Shown: piece after piece, positions 13,621-25,100 of the stretch
How positions within the stretch are numbered: the first letter of the stretch is position 1
Layout: every line of letters begins with the position of its first letter
Assembly: GCF_031769215.1 (NCBI RefSeq)
Contig: NW_026782711.1
Location: 1,240,001 to 1,304,000, forward strand
Length of the DNA: 64,000 nucleotides
Reading direction: 5' to 3'
Source: Ylistrum balloti
Taxonomy: Eukaryota
Program-made: the position numbers and the translations under genes
The notes under the pieces: generated by a model
Databases searched by the model: none
Told to the model about the DNA's origin: nothing
What the model saw: the letters and a program-made list of their open reading frames with translations, nothing else

Positions 13621-14644
13621 GTAGTTGACACTGCATGGATGATGAATGTTTCATTATGGGCATGTCATAACCATGTAATAAAACAAGAAGAAAGTCAAGG
13701 CAATGACTGCTTTCTGGCCCCAGTTTCAGGAATGTTCTTTAACCTTAAGAAAGTCCTTGGTAAGGAGTGCTTGTGAAAAGCATATTTAAGGAAATCTTAC
13801 ATAATGGATTCCTCACAGGATTTACATGTTACAAAATGTTCATGAAACCAGGACCTGCATGGACAGTATTGACTGGCCTGGCCCATAAAAACTCGCCAAC
13901 CTAAGTGTTAATAATATTTGGATTAAATTTCTATGATTCTAATGTTGCACAAAGATCTTTCAATTTTGCCATGACATGCTCCAGGAGAGAAGAGAGTGAA
14001 TGTGATTGTAACCCCTGGAGTATCAAGGATACTATTAATGTAAATCAACAGAATGTTAAAAGTGACTGCATGACATGCCATAATCTTACTAAAAATGACA
14101 TGTTCCGTTATCTTGTTACAGATGCAAGTTAGAAAAATCTGTAGTAATTTCAGCATATGCATCATGTTTTGAAAATATTACACATTTCAACACAAAAGGG
14201 ATTCATTTGTCTGGTTTAATTTAAATGTCTCAAATTTTATCACCTCTGTTGCTTATATTGTGACTAAAACAGAATAAAGGTAAATTCCATAATCTTATTA
14301 CAGGTGCAAGTTAGAAAAGTCCCACCGATGACATTTATTTTAAACAGTACTAAACTTTTAACTTTTACTCCAAGCAGTAACTGTCACTCCATCAAGCATT
14401 TTCTGTCCGACCTGGTTTAGACCTAAAGCAAAAATGACTACTCTTTGCAGCTAGTGTTCATGTTAAACTAGTTTACAATGATTTCACCAGTAAAATGAAA
14501 AATAAAACAAATGCTAGATACCCGTGGTTAGACGTTACATCGCAGGAATCTCCGAATAGCTATATACCACTAAAATAGCAAGTGTCATGTATACAGACGA
14601 CAGTCAATATATTATTCTGGTGAAAGGTTAGAATACAAACTTAC

Positions 14645-14830
14645 GAAAAACGGCTGTACTAGGTCAGTTGACCATCTATAAACAGTTGACTCGTTGAACA
14701 CCAGAGGCTACACGTGTGGTGTAGTAGGAAAACATCGAGGACGACAAAATACCAACATGACGGAAATAACCCGACAGGAAGCGTCTGCTGATGTCTTCAC
14801 TGTTTATAAGGAAACGTAACAGACGAAATG
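14645..14830 (-). promoter_or_regulatory. Probable non-coding first exon and promoter of the FASTKD5-like gene
   Basis: Minus-strand donor CGTAAGTTTG at ~14644, a locally CpG-rich stretch, and an acceptor TTCTTTCAG at 12878-12879 upstream of the ATG at 12795. Confidence 0.5.
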
Positions 14831-15289
14831 TAAATAAGTCTCTAAATATAACCAGATAATAGTACGTAGATGTGCATGTAAAATAATAAGTATATATGTT
14901 ACTGAAAAGAATGTATTTAAAACTTTGTCTCCCCTGAGCGTTTTAGCAGAGATCTAAGAGCTATGGCTATGAACAAATTCAGATTTCTCTGAGTTTCAAT
15001 TCATCTCAGTACATTTGTTTATCTAGCTAATTAAAACTTGGATTTAATTAATCACATTTTCTCGTTTGATTGCTACGTTAAAATTTTCACTGCCTCAAAA
15101 TAACAAATCTCCGATCTAGGCATGGACGTTTAATATACGTCTCTGATATGAACAAACTAAGGAAAATTGATTAACGCAGTCAAAGTGTACGATTTTTAAA
15201 ATATTTTTTAAAGAAAATTTGAAATTTACTTTTTTATATAGATTATTCATTATAATTTTGGACTAGGTTTTAAGACTCAATCTCATATC

Positions 15290-16145
15290 GTATTCGTATC
15301 CCCTATCATGTAAGTACCCTGATACTTTTTCCTCTATCACAAAAGTATCCGGGGATACTTTTTTGTCCATCAGAAAAGTATCCCCCATAGCATTTTTACT
15401 AGGGGAATCAATTTATGATAGCTATCAGAATAGTATCCAGGGGACAAATTATCTGAGATATTAGGGGATACCTTTATAATGGCTGTCAGAATAGTATCCA
15501 GGGGACAAATTATCTGAGATATTAGGGGACACCGTTATAGTGGCTATCAGAATAGTATCCAGGGGACAAATTATCTGAGATATTAGGGGATACCTTTATA
15601 ATGGCTATCAGAATAGTATCCAGGGGACAAATTATCTGAGATATTAGGGGATACCGTTATAATGGCTATCAGAATAGTATCCAGGGGACAAATTATTTGA
15701 GATATTAGGGGATACCGTTATAATGGCTATCAGAATAGTATCCAGGGGACAAATTATCTGAGATATTAGGGGATACCGTTATAATGGCTATCAGAATAGT
15801 ATCCAGGGGACAAATTATCTGAGATATTAGGGGATACCTTTATAATGGCTATCAGAATAGTATCCAGGGGACAAATTATCTGAGATATTAGGGGATACCG
15901 TTATAATGGCTATCAGAATAGTATCCAGGGGACAAATTATTTGAGATATTAGGGGATACCTTTATAATGGCTGTCAGAATAGTATCCAGGGGACAAATTA
16001 TCTGAGATATTAGGGGATACCGTTATAATGGCTATCAGAAAGGTATATAGTGGACAAATATCTGAAATATTAGGGGGGATACATTTATGACAGCTTTCAG
16101 AATAGTATCTAGGGGGGAAATTTTCTGAAATATTAGGGGGCATAT
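15290..16145 (+). repeat. 61-bp tandem array (~12 copies, ~15405-16140) with a unique GATAC-rich lead-in
   Basis: Unit ATGGCTATCAGAATAGTATCCAGGGGACAAATTATCTGAGATATTAGGGGATACCGTTATA; period 61 measured at 15601/15662. Confidence 0.93.
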
Positions 16146-16789
16146 AACATTCTATACTGTGTGCTCTTTTACTTTAAGATGTTCTCCGTTTTTCTTGGAA
16201 GTCAAATTCAGTATACATATACTCTGTGTCAGTTATGTACTTTCCTTTACACTTTATGTAAATGACCAAACACCAGTTGTTCCCCTCTGATAGATAACTA
16301 CTCAGAAATGAAACTGGTCAGGGCTCCATCATCACGGAAGCCTTGAATCCTTTCAGTCTTTTAAAGTGTAACTACATGCAGTTTATTTATTTAATTTTGA
16401 AACAATTATTTCATTCATAGAAAAAGACACACCAATATTACATAAATTGTCTCGTCTTGTTGTCCTGTCTAGAAGACAAGACAAGACAAGCAGTTTACTG
16501 ATAACAATGATAAAAGTCTTGGCTCAACATTAATTCATATGATTTAGTCTTTGGATCAAGATAAAAAAAACAGAAAGGAAAACAAATAGTCACTTTTGTA
16601 TCATAATTTTCATTTAATGTGTCACATGTAGCAGAAAACATCCTGCTTTATAGAATGTGTACAAAAACAAGATAACCACAGAGCCTGTATCGATCACCTG
16701 GATATTAAAGCCCATCAATGGTACACCTGCCTATAGGTTGGGTATTTCAAATATTTCCAAATTAAAGTTTAGTCACTTAATCTCCAACG

Positions 16790-17105
16790 TTTATACAAAA
16801 AAAAATCCTTCACCAAAAGATGCTTCTGACCAAATTTAGGCAAAATCCAATCATTCCTACAGGAGGAGTAGGATTTTAAAGAACTAGCAAAATCCCCCCT
16901 TTTGGGCCCCGCCCCTCAGGCCATTGGTGGCCAGGACACACACATTTATACAAAAATGTTTCCATTTCCCTAAGAATGCTTCTGACAAAATTTGGTCAAA
17001 ATCATCTCAGTCATTCATGACTTGTAGTGTCTTGCAAAAAAAGTTGACAGATGCCGCGATATTCCTTTAGCTCACTTGGCCCTTCGGGTCAGGTGAGCTA
17101 AAAAG
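16790..17105 (+). mobile_element. 5'-truncated HINE-like element with Cg170-like repeats and an intact 3' hairpin
   Basis: Same repeat family as 5797-7310; terminal hairpin TTAGCTCAC-TTGGCCC-TTCG-GGTCAG-GTGAGCTAA at 17067-17101. Confidence 0.65.
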
Positions 17106-17240
17106 CAAGTGAACAGTCACAGCTGTAATGTTTATTTCTTCACTCAAAGGATGGACAATATGGGTATGAGTAATTAAAAAAGGACATATATATATATGTA
17201 TCTTCTCTCTATATATATAATAGATTACCCCCTTGATTCT

Positions 17241-17530
17241 TTTCTGATTACCATCATATGTGTATCCCCCCTTTGGTATAATTATGAATATCCCCCCGGA
17301 CACTTTTCTGATTACCATCATATATGTATCCCCCCTTTGGTATAATTATGAATATCCCCCCGGACACTTTTCTGATTACCATCATATATGTATCCCCCCT
17401 TTGGTATAATTATGAATATCCCCCCGGACACTTTTCTGATTACCATTATATATGTATCCCCCCTTTGGTATAATGATGAATATCCCCCCGGACACTTTTC
17501 TGATTACCATTATATAAGTATCCTTCCCCT
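17241..17530 (-). repeat. 64-bp tandem array (~5 copies), related to the 61-bp array but inverted; flanked by (TA)n
   Basis: TTTCTG anchors at 17241, 17305, 17369, 17433, 17497. The reverse-complement unit TCAGAAAAGTGTCCGGGGGG...GGGGGATACATATATGATGGTAA aligns with TCAGAATAGTATCCAGGGG...GGGGATACCGTTATAATGGCTA. Confidence 0.9.
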
Positions 17531-17669
17531 ACATATATATATATATATATATGATAAATATCCCCCAAGATGCTTTTTATATACATATACATATATGTAT
17601 ATATGTATATATATAGTACAAAGGTTACTTTTCTGTAAAAGATATACAGTACAACGGTTCACTTTCTTA

Positions 17670-20655
17670 TGTCTGGCGCCATATATACAGTACACAGATT
17701 CAAACTCAACTGTCTGGCGCCATATATACAGTACAAAGATTCAAACTCTAATGTCAGACGCCATATATACAGTACAAAGATTCAAACTCTAATGTCAGAC
17801 GCCATATATACAGTACAAAGATTCAAACTCTAATGTCAGACCCCATATATACAGTACACAGATTCAAACTCTAATGTCTAGCGCCATATATACAGTACAA
17901 AGATTCAAACTCTAATGTCAGACGCCATATATATAGTACAAAGATTCAAACTCTAATGTCAGACGCCATATATACAGTACACAGATTCAAACTCTAATGT
18001 CAGACCCCATATATACAGTACAAAGATTCAAACTCTAATGTCAGACGCCATATATACAGTACACAGATTCAAACTCTAATGTCAGGCGCCATATATACAG
18101 TACAAAGATTCAAACTCTAATGTCAGACGCCATATATACAGTACAAAGATTCAAACTCTAATGTCAGGCGCCATATATACAGAACACAGATTCAAACTCT
18201 AATGTCAGACCCCATATATACAGTACAAAGATTCAAACTCTAATGTCAGGCGCTATATATACAGTACAAAGACATACAGTATGAAGATTCAAACTCTAAT
18301 GTCTGGCGCCATATATACAGTACAAAGATTCAAACTCTAATGTCAGACGCCATATATACAGTACAAAGATTCAAACTCTAATGTCAGGCGCCATATATAC
18401 AGTACAAAGATTCAAACTCTAATGTCAGACGCCATATATACAGTACAAAGATTCAAACTCTAATGTCAGGCGCCATATATACAGTACACAGATTCAAACT
18501 CTAATGTCAGACCCCATATATACAGTACAAAGATTCAAACTCTAATGTCTGGCGCCATATATACATTACACAGATTCAAACTCTAATGTCAGACGCCATA
18601 TATACAGTACACAGATTCAAACTCTAATGTTTGGCGCCATATATAAAGTACAAAGATTCAAACTCTAATGTTTGGCGCCATATATAAAGTACAAAGATTC
18701 AAACTCTAATGTCAGATGCCATATATACAGTACAAAGATTCAAACTCTAGTGTTAGACCCCATATATACAGTACAAAGATTCAAACTCTAATGCCAGGCG
18801 CCATATATACAGTACACAGATTCAAACTCTAACGTCTGGCGCCATATATACATTACACAGATTCAAACTCTAATGTCAGACGCCATATATACAGTACACA
18901 GATTCAAACTCTAGTGTTAGACCCCATATATACAGTACACAGATTCAAACTCTAACGTCTGGCGCCATATATACATTACACAGATTCAAACTCTAATGCC
19001 AGGCGCCATATATACAGTACACAGATTCAAACTCTAATGTCAGACGCCATATATACAGTACACAGATTCAAACTCTAATGTCAGACCCCATATATACAGT
19101 ACACAGATTCAAACTCTAATGTCAGACGCCATATATACAGTACACAGATTCAAACTCTAATGTCAGACGCCATATATACAGTACAAAGATTCAAACTCTA
19201 ATGTCAGACCCCATATATACAGTACAAAGATTCAAACTCTAATGTCAGACGCCATATATACAGTACACAGATTCAAACTCTAATGTCAGGCGCCATATAT
19301 ACAGTACAAAGATTCAAACTCTAATGTCAGACGCCATATATACAGTACAAAGATTCAAACTCTAATGTCAGGCGCCATATATACAGAACACAGATTCAAA
19401 CTCTAATGTCAGACCCCATATATACAGTACAAAGATTCAAACTCTAATGTCAGGCGCTATATATACAGTACAAAGACATACAGTATGAAGATTCAAACTC
19501 TAATGTCTGGCGCCATATATACAGTACAAAGATTCAAACTCTAATGTCAGACGCCATATATACAGTACAAAGATTCAAACTCTAATGTCAGGCGCCATAT
19601 ATACAGTACAAAGATTCAAACTCTAATGTCAGACGCCATATATACAGTACAAAGATTCAAACTCTAATGTCAGGCGCCATATATACAGTACAAAGATTCA
19701 AACTCTAATGTCTGGCGCCATATATACATTACACAGATTCAAACTCTAATGTCAGACGCCATATATACAGTACACAGATTCAAACTCTAATGTTTGGCGC
19801 CATATATAAAGTACAAAGATTCAAACTCTAATGTTTGGCGCCATATATAAAGTACAAAGATTCAAACTCTAATGTCAGATGCCATATATACAGTACACAG
19901 ATTCAAACTCTAGTGTTAGACCCCATATATACAGTACACAGATTCAAACTCTAACGTCTGGCGCCATATATACATTACACAGATTCAAACTCTAATGCCA
20001 GGCGCCATATATACAGTACACAGATTCAAACTCTAGTGTTAGACCCCATATATACAGTACACAGATTCAAACTCTAACGTCTGGCGCCATATATACATTA
20101 CACAGATTCAAACTCTAATGCCAGGCGCCATATATACAGTACACAGATTCAAACTCTAATGTCAGACGCCATATATACAGTACACAGATTCAAACTCTAA
20201 TGTCAGACCCCATATATACAGTACACAGATTCAAACTCTAATGTCAGACGCCATATATACAGTACAAAGACATACAGTATGAAGATTCAAACTCTAATGT
20301 CTGGCGCCATATATACAGTACAAAGATTCAAACTCTAATGTTTGGCGCCATATATACAGTACAAAGATTCAAACTCTAACGTCTGACGCCATATATACAG
20401 TACAAAGATTCAAACTCTAATGTCAGACGCCATATATACAGTACAAAGATTCAAACTCTAACGTCTGACGCCATATATACAGTACAAAGATTCAAACTCT
20501 AATGTCAGGCGCCATATATAAACTACAAAGATTCAAACTCTAATGTCAGACGCCATATATACAGTACACAGATTCAAACTCTAATGTCAGACCCCATATA
20601 TACAGTACAAAGATTCAAACTCTAATGTCAGACCCCATATATACAGTACAAAGAC
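17670..20655. repeat. 41-bp minisatellite, ~3 kb (~72 copies), with higher-order structure
   Basis: Unit CAGTACAAAGATTCAAACTCTAATGTCAGACGCCATATATA; period 41 measured at 17761/17802; diagnostic variants recur at an offset of ~1204 bp. Confidence 0.97.
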
Positions 20656-20911
20656 TTACTCTCAATGGCAGACACACGAGGTTCCTTCTCTGTTGTTGCA
20701 CCTCTGATAAAAAGTCGATTTTTTTTCTCCATCCATTCATTAAGTAAATACTAAGGCGGTAATATAAAGTTTATCTATCATGCTTCATAAAGCGAGTTCA
20801 AATGTTGATATTTTCCCCATGTATCCTTTAATATCATTTGTACTTATGTCACCATACTACTTTTCTGATATATTAAAAATGTGTATTTATTTTCTATATG
20901 TAATTGCTGTG

Positions 20912-22117
20912 TCAAACGTGCGTTGATATGACTTGTGAATGAGTTGTGCTGTCGATTTCATTTCCCTCTGATTGATGAAAAACAGAGAGAAAATTATTGT
21001 TGTCTTTTGGATGAGCCGTTCTCCTGCCTTGTTCCTCCAATGGAACAGTTGTGGGTCTGGCTTGATTTGTAACACCTATTTTTCTCTGTGTGGTATTTTG
21101 CCTCCTGTTGGAAGTGTTATGAAGGCCAAACACATTCTTGAAAACGATCTTGACTTCCGCCCTAAAACGACTTCCGCTCATACAGTACAAGAGGAAGTTA
21201 AATGTATTGTTGGCGTACATCAACACGTTGACCAAGGTCCAGAAAAGACTGAGATTTGCCTGAGTAGCCACTGAAGCATTCCGGGACCAGTGTACATATC
21301 CTATCAGATAAATACTAACGGGTGTTGTGCAAAGCAAGAAGACACAATTGAGACAAAATAGCATTATGCTCATTGATGACATTTGAGAGCGCTGTGAACG
21401 ACTGTTGGGATCATGTGGTACCACTTGTCGCTTTGCTGCTCTTTGACTGGCGAACACTTTTGTTATTATCAACACATTTCCTGTGACAAGAAAACAAAAC
21501 GGCAGACCACAAAATATTGTTAAATCCATCCATGGCCACAGTTCTTCGAAGAAATAGCGGTATTTTTCGGTAACGAAATCACACGATATGGTTGTTGATT
21601 TTCCGTCAACTTTTACGATCCTGTCCATACCGTACAAGATATGGCTATTGATCAACATAAGAAATACAAAGATTGGAGTTATTATGAAAGCTGCCGATTT
21701 CTTTGTGCACTTAACCTTGGCCTTGTGAGGAAACCAGACCAGTGCCACGCGATCTGCTGTAACCGCTACCAAGATCCATGCCGAAAAATCCAACGACACG
21801 TACACCAACCACGTGTGAATTTTGCACATACCGGAAGTATGGGTCCGGATGTCATCCTGGAAGGTGGCGAATATCCACCTGCGAAGAAGACCAGTATATA
21901 ATACGACCAGGTCAGAGCATGCGAGCACCACGAGATACAACGTACACGTTGACTGTCGAATGTTTTTCCTCGTAAGAATGTAAATGGACAAGATGTTTCC
22001 AAACGTCCCGAAAGTTATCATAAATGGTGGCACACCTTTTGCGAGAGAGTTTGACGCATAATATTCTTCTGTCATAGTATAGTCGTAATATGTACAGCTG
22101 CCGTTACACCCAGTCAT
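20912..22117 (-). CDS. Intronless class A (rhodopsin-like) peptide-type GPCR, FMRFamide-receptor/GPR139-142-like group, 401 aa
   Basis: Seven hydrophobic segments; GTFGN in TM1, LACSD in TM2, WILVAVTADR (DRY variant) in TM3, CGLPF in TM5, CTTP in TM6, YANNTFNFLLY in TM7 and helix 8 SGSRFR; N-terminal NGS sequon; acceptor at 22133-22134 just upstream of the ATG; AATAAA on the minus strand at 20886-20891. Confidence 0.93.
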   Translation of the reverse strand: MTGCNGSCTYYDYTMTEEYYASNSLAKGVPPFMITFGTFGNILSIYILTRKNIRQSTCTLYLVVLACSDLVVLYTGLLRRWIFATFQDDIRTHTSGMCKIHTWLVYVSLDFSAWILVAVTADRVALVWFPHKAKVKCTKKSAAFIITPIFVFLMLINSHILYGMDRIVKVDGKSTTISCDFVTEKYRYFFEELWPWMDLTIFCGLPFCFLVTGNVLIITKVFASQRAAKRQVVPHDPNSRSQRSQMSSMSIMLFCLNCVFLLCTTPVSIYLIGYVHWSRNASVATQANLSLFWTLVNVLMYANNTFNFLLYCMSGSRFRAEVKIVFKNVFGLHNTSNRRQNTTQRKIGVTNQARPTTVPLEEQGRRTAHPKDNNNFLSVFHQSEGNEIDSTTHSQVISTHV

Positions 22118-25100
22118 CTTCCAGGCATAAATCTGTAAAATACCAACAGTTCATGTACGTCTATATATACCATTCTTACGCGTAAGTGAGTCACGTACAA
22201 GTACATTGCTTGTTTTCTGTGTCAGAATATCACATTTACCAAGTCTTAAATAAACAATCTGTCTGTTTTACTTAATGCAGTTCAGTTAATGTAAACTAAA
22301 GCGTATCACGTGGAATAGCACGGACCAGAACGCACTCCTTGCTGACCATCCGATCTGTGATAGCAACATGCACGCACATGTAAATTAAAGAGGATAACGT
22401 TCGTGTTTTGACAGCTCGTATATAGATAAATGTAGACTAATCAGATATACTGACCATCTCCTGTGCAGTGGATATCAATCTGACAAGCGCTATTATCCTG
22501 GCCGGTTGGAGGGGCAAATATCAGCACCCTACGGAAAATATAGGTAGAATTGTCTTACCAGAGACACGCAAATACTTTACCCGCTCAAGTTACTCCGTAG
22601 TTCTGATCTACATATTGTCGATACATTTCTTGATATAATTTATTATCTATATCACGGTATATATACAAGTTTAATCAACTATATCATAATATATCAACTT
22701 ATTCCCTGTATCAAACACCTATGAACGCAATAGGATCGGTATCGTTCTCACTTACATCGAGGTATGAAGCGGCGAACGTTTTAGTGACGTAAAACACAGG
22801 GATTTGGCACATATTTCTAACCCCATGGTAAGTTGATGTCATTATCAGTGCCATTAGGAGGGAAAATGTGTGTCTTTATTGGTAATGCATATAAATACCA
22901 TTAAAAATAGTAAGAAAAATATCTTTTAACTATACTTGTTTAACGCAATTTTCATTTATAGCGCTATAATGACGGGGCTTTTACCGATCTGTACTTGTTC
23001 AAAATTGTAATTCATATTTTATTCTCAGACAATACCTATTTGTTCAAAATAGCATTTATTTTATAAAGTGACCGTGCTTTCCCTTTAAATTCAAGGTCGT
23101 GCACCGACGTTTTCTCACTGTGACGGTTATTATGAACAAGTATAGGAGATTTTGTCGGAGGAAGACCACGCCCTTCTAAAGAAAACACGTAACAGAAAGA
23201 TGACAATCTGAACAGTTTTACTTTCATGATAATTAACTGGCATATTTTAATTCTATCAAACTTCTATTCTCTTAATAAGTGTTGTTTATCAATTTACATT
23301 TTTTATTAGATTTTCTAATCTGCTGGAAAAGTTTCCACAATATGTGTGACTTGTATAAGAATATACCATTTTATCATTATGATAATTTTAAATATTTCTA
23401 TTGATATAAAAACTTGTTCTTTATAGTCTTTTATTAACACGTCTATGGGATACGTGTCTGTACAATTTTATACCACTATTAGAGATAGGGCAAAACGATA
23501 CATGTTTTGTCATTTTCTTTTGAAGTTGCGGATTTATGTCATTTTCACGTGTACGTTTGGTGTTGTTTTTCCTTTTAGATTGCATCCAATAATTTACCGT
23601 ATCTTTTAGCACAATCAAATTATTAATTCTCTTATCAAAAATTTATGTAAGCAATTCATATCTTGGAAAATGTACATGTTCAATTCAAATGTCAATCTAA
23701 TATTGTCATTTTTGTTATTTGAATCTATCTATATAGATGTGTGTGTATCTATTATACCGTGAAAGTGAAATGCATGTCGTATCGATAGCAATGGCTACAT
23801 ATGGACTGACCTGGTGGAAAAAAAGAGTTTATCAGAGTGAAAGAGAAAAATCCAAATACGTGCTCTCTCGAGAGATGAAAAATGTGGGTGTGGCATCTTT
23901 ACAGATGTGTGTGCATTATTACAATCTATTTCATGAATACTCACATATATTCCCCGTTGAATAAGAAGTCCTTCCTTTTATGAAAAATATGTCGTTACCG
24001 GGATAAAGTTCCTAATGAAAGCAAAATGCTCCTTTATATATATACCAGGTCGTCCTCGGAAACAAAATATCGTTCAAATATGTCGTTAATCGGTGAAAAG
24101 GTGTGAATGGCCCTTTGGAATTGCAACAGAAACAATCACTGACATTTCAGAAACATGGCTAGCTGTTCATTGGTCAATTGATCCCCATACTGCGAACAGG
24201 TGTCATTCACGCGTTGTATGTTTCAGTGACTGAAGTCCCACCTTCCTTTATATAAGCACACCGATTCTCATAGCTCTTTGTGTCCAAATTAAAGCTCACT
24301 GGAGGATGTATGGAATATGCGGTGGTCGTTGATACGATTTCACGTGGGATACGTCATCGAATAAAGACAGCTACATGATGCTGTTTAGTAAATATTACAG
24401 CAACCCCCCTGGGCAATTTGGCTTGTTGTATATTGATGCGTATCGCGAACCAATATGGAGTTAAACAGTACAGAAGGTGGTACAATAATCACTAACCCCA
24501 CACTCGATACTCCGAAACTCGAGATAGGTGGGAATCTACAATGTGAACAATGATAATAATGATGTATAAACACAAAACAAAACAACAACAATCCCGCCGG
24601 TCAGTAATACAATGTTTAGGTTTCAAAACAAATTTATTAATCCAAGTGCTCATAAAATATACGTATACAGTAGGTCAGATACCGAAAGTGACCAACGGCC
24701 ATGTATGTTCATGCACGGACCGAATCACTGTAAATTGTAATGTACAGGCCCACGTGTTGCAATTTAGTGTGCATGTACTAAGAACGTGAAAACAAATATA
24801 ATACAGAATCTAAGTATTTGTACTTTGTTACTAGTATCATAAGTATCAGTCATAATTTGTGTTTAAACATTAGTAGACAGTGTTTTATCAGCTCTTCTCA
24901 CCAGTTGATAACCTAAGTGATCAGAGTTAGTTAGCAATGACGTCTACAACAAAGGGGTCAGGTTTCTAATGGATGCGGTGAACATTTCCTCAGTATAGAC
25001 ATCAACGGAGATACGTCCTGTTGATATGATGGCAGATATAGCAATTTCTTTAGAATAGATAAGCTTCATTTTCCTGCCATCTCGTATGAATTTTTTGGTG

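Noticed and set aside
17670-20655. 41-bp array as a CRISPR array or a Smad/BMP response element cluster (AGAC, GGCGCC)
   Set aside because: There are no unique spacers, no cas genes and the context is eukaryotic. The Smad half-sites lack the GRCGNC-N5-GTCT spacing and vary freely between units.
20972-22002. Short ORFs overlapping the GPCR on either strand
   Set aside because: They are alternative-frame or antisense shadows of the 401-aa GPCR.
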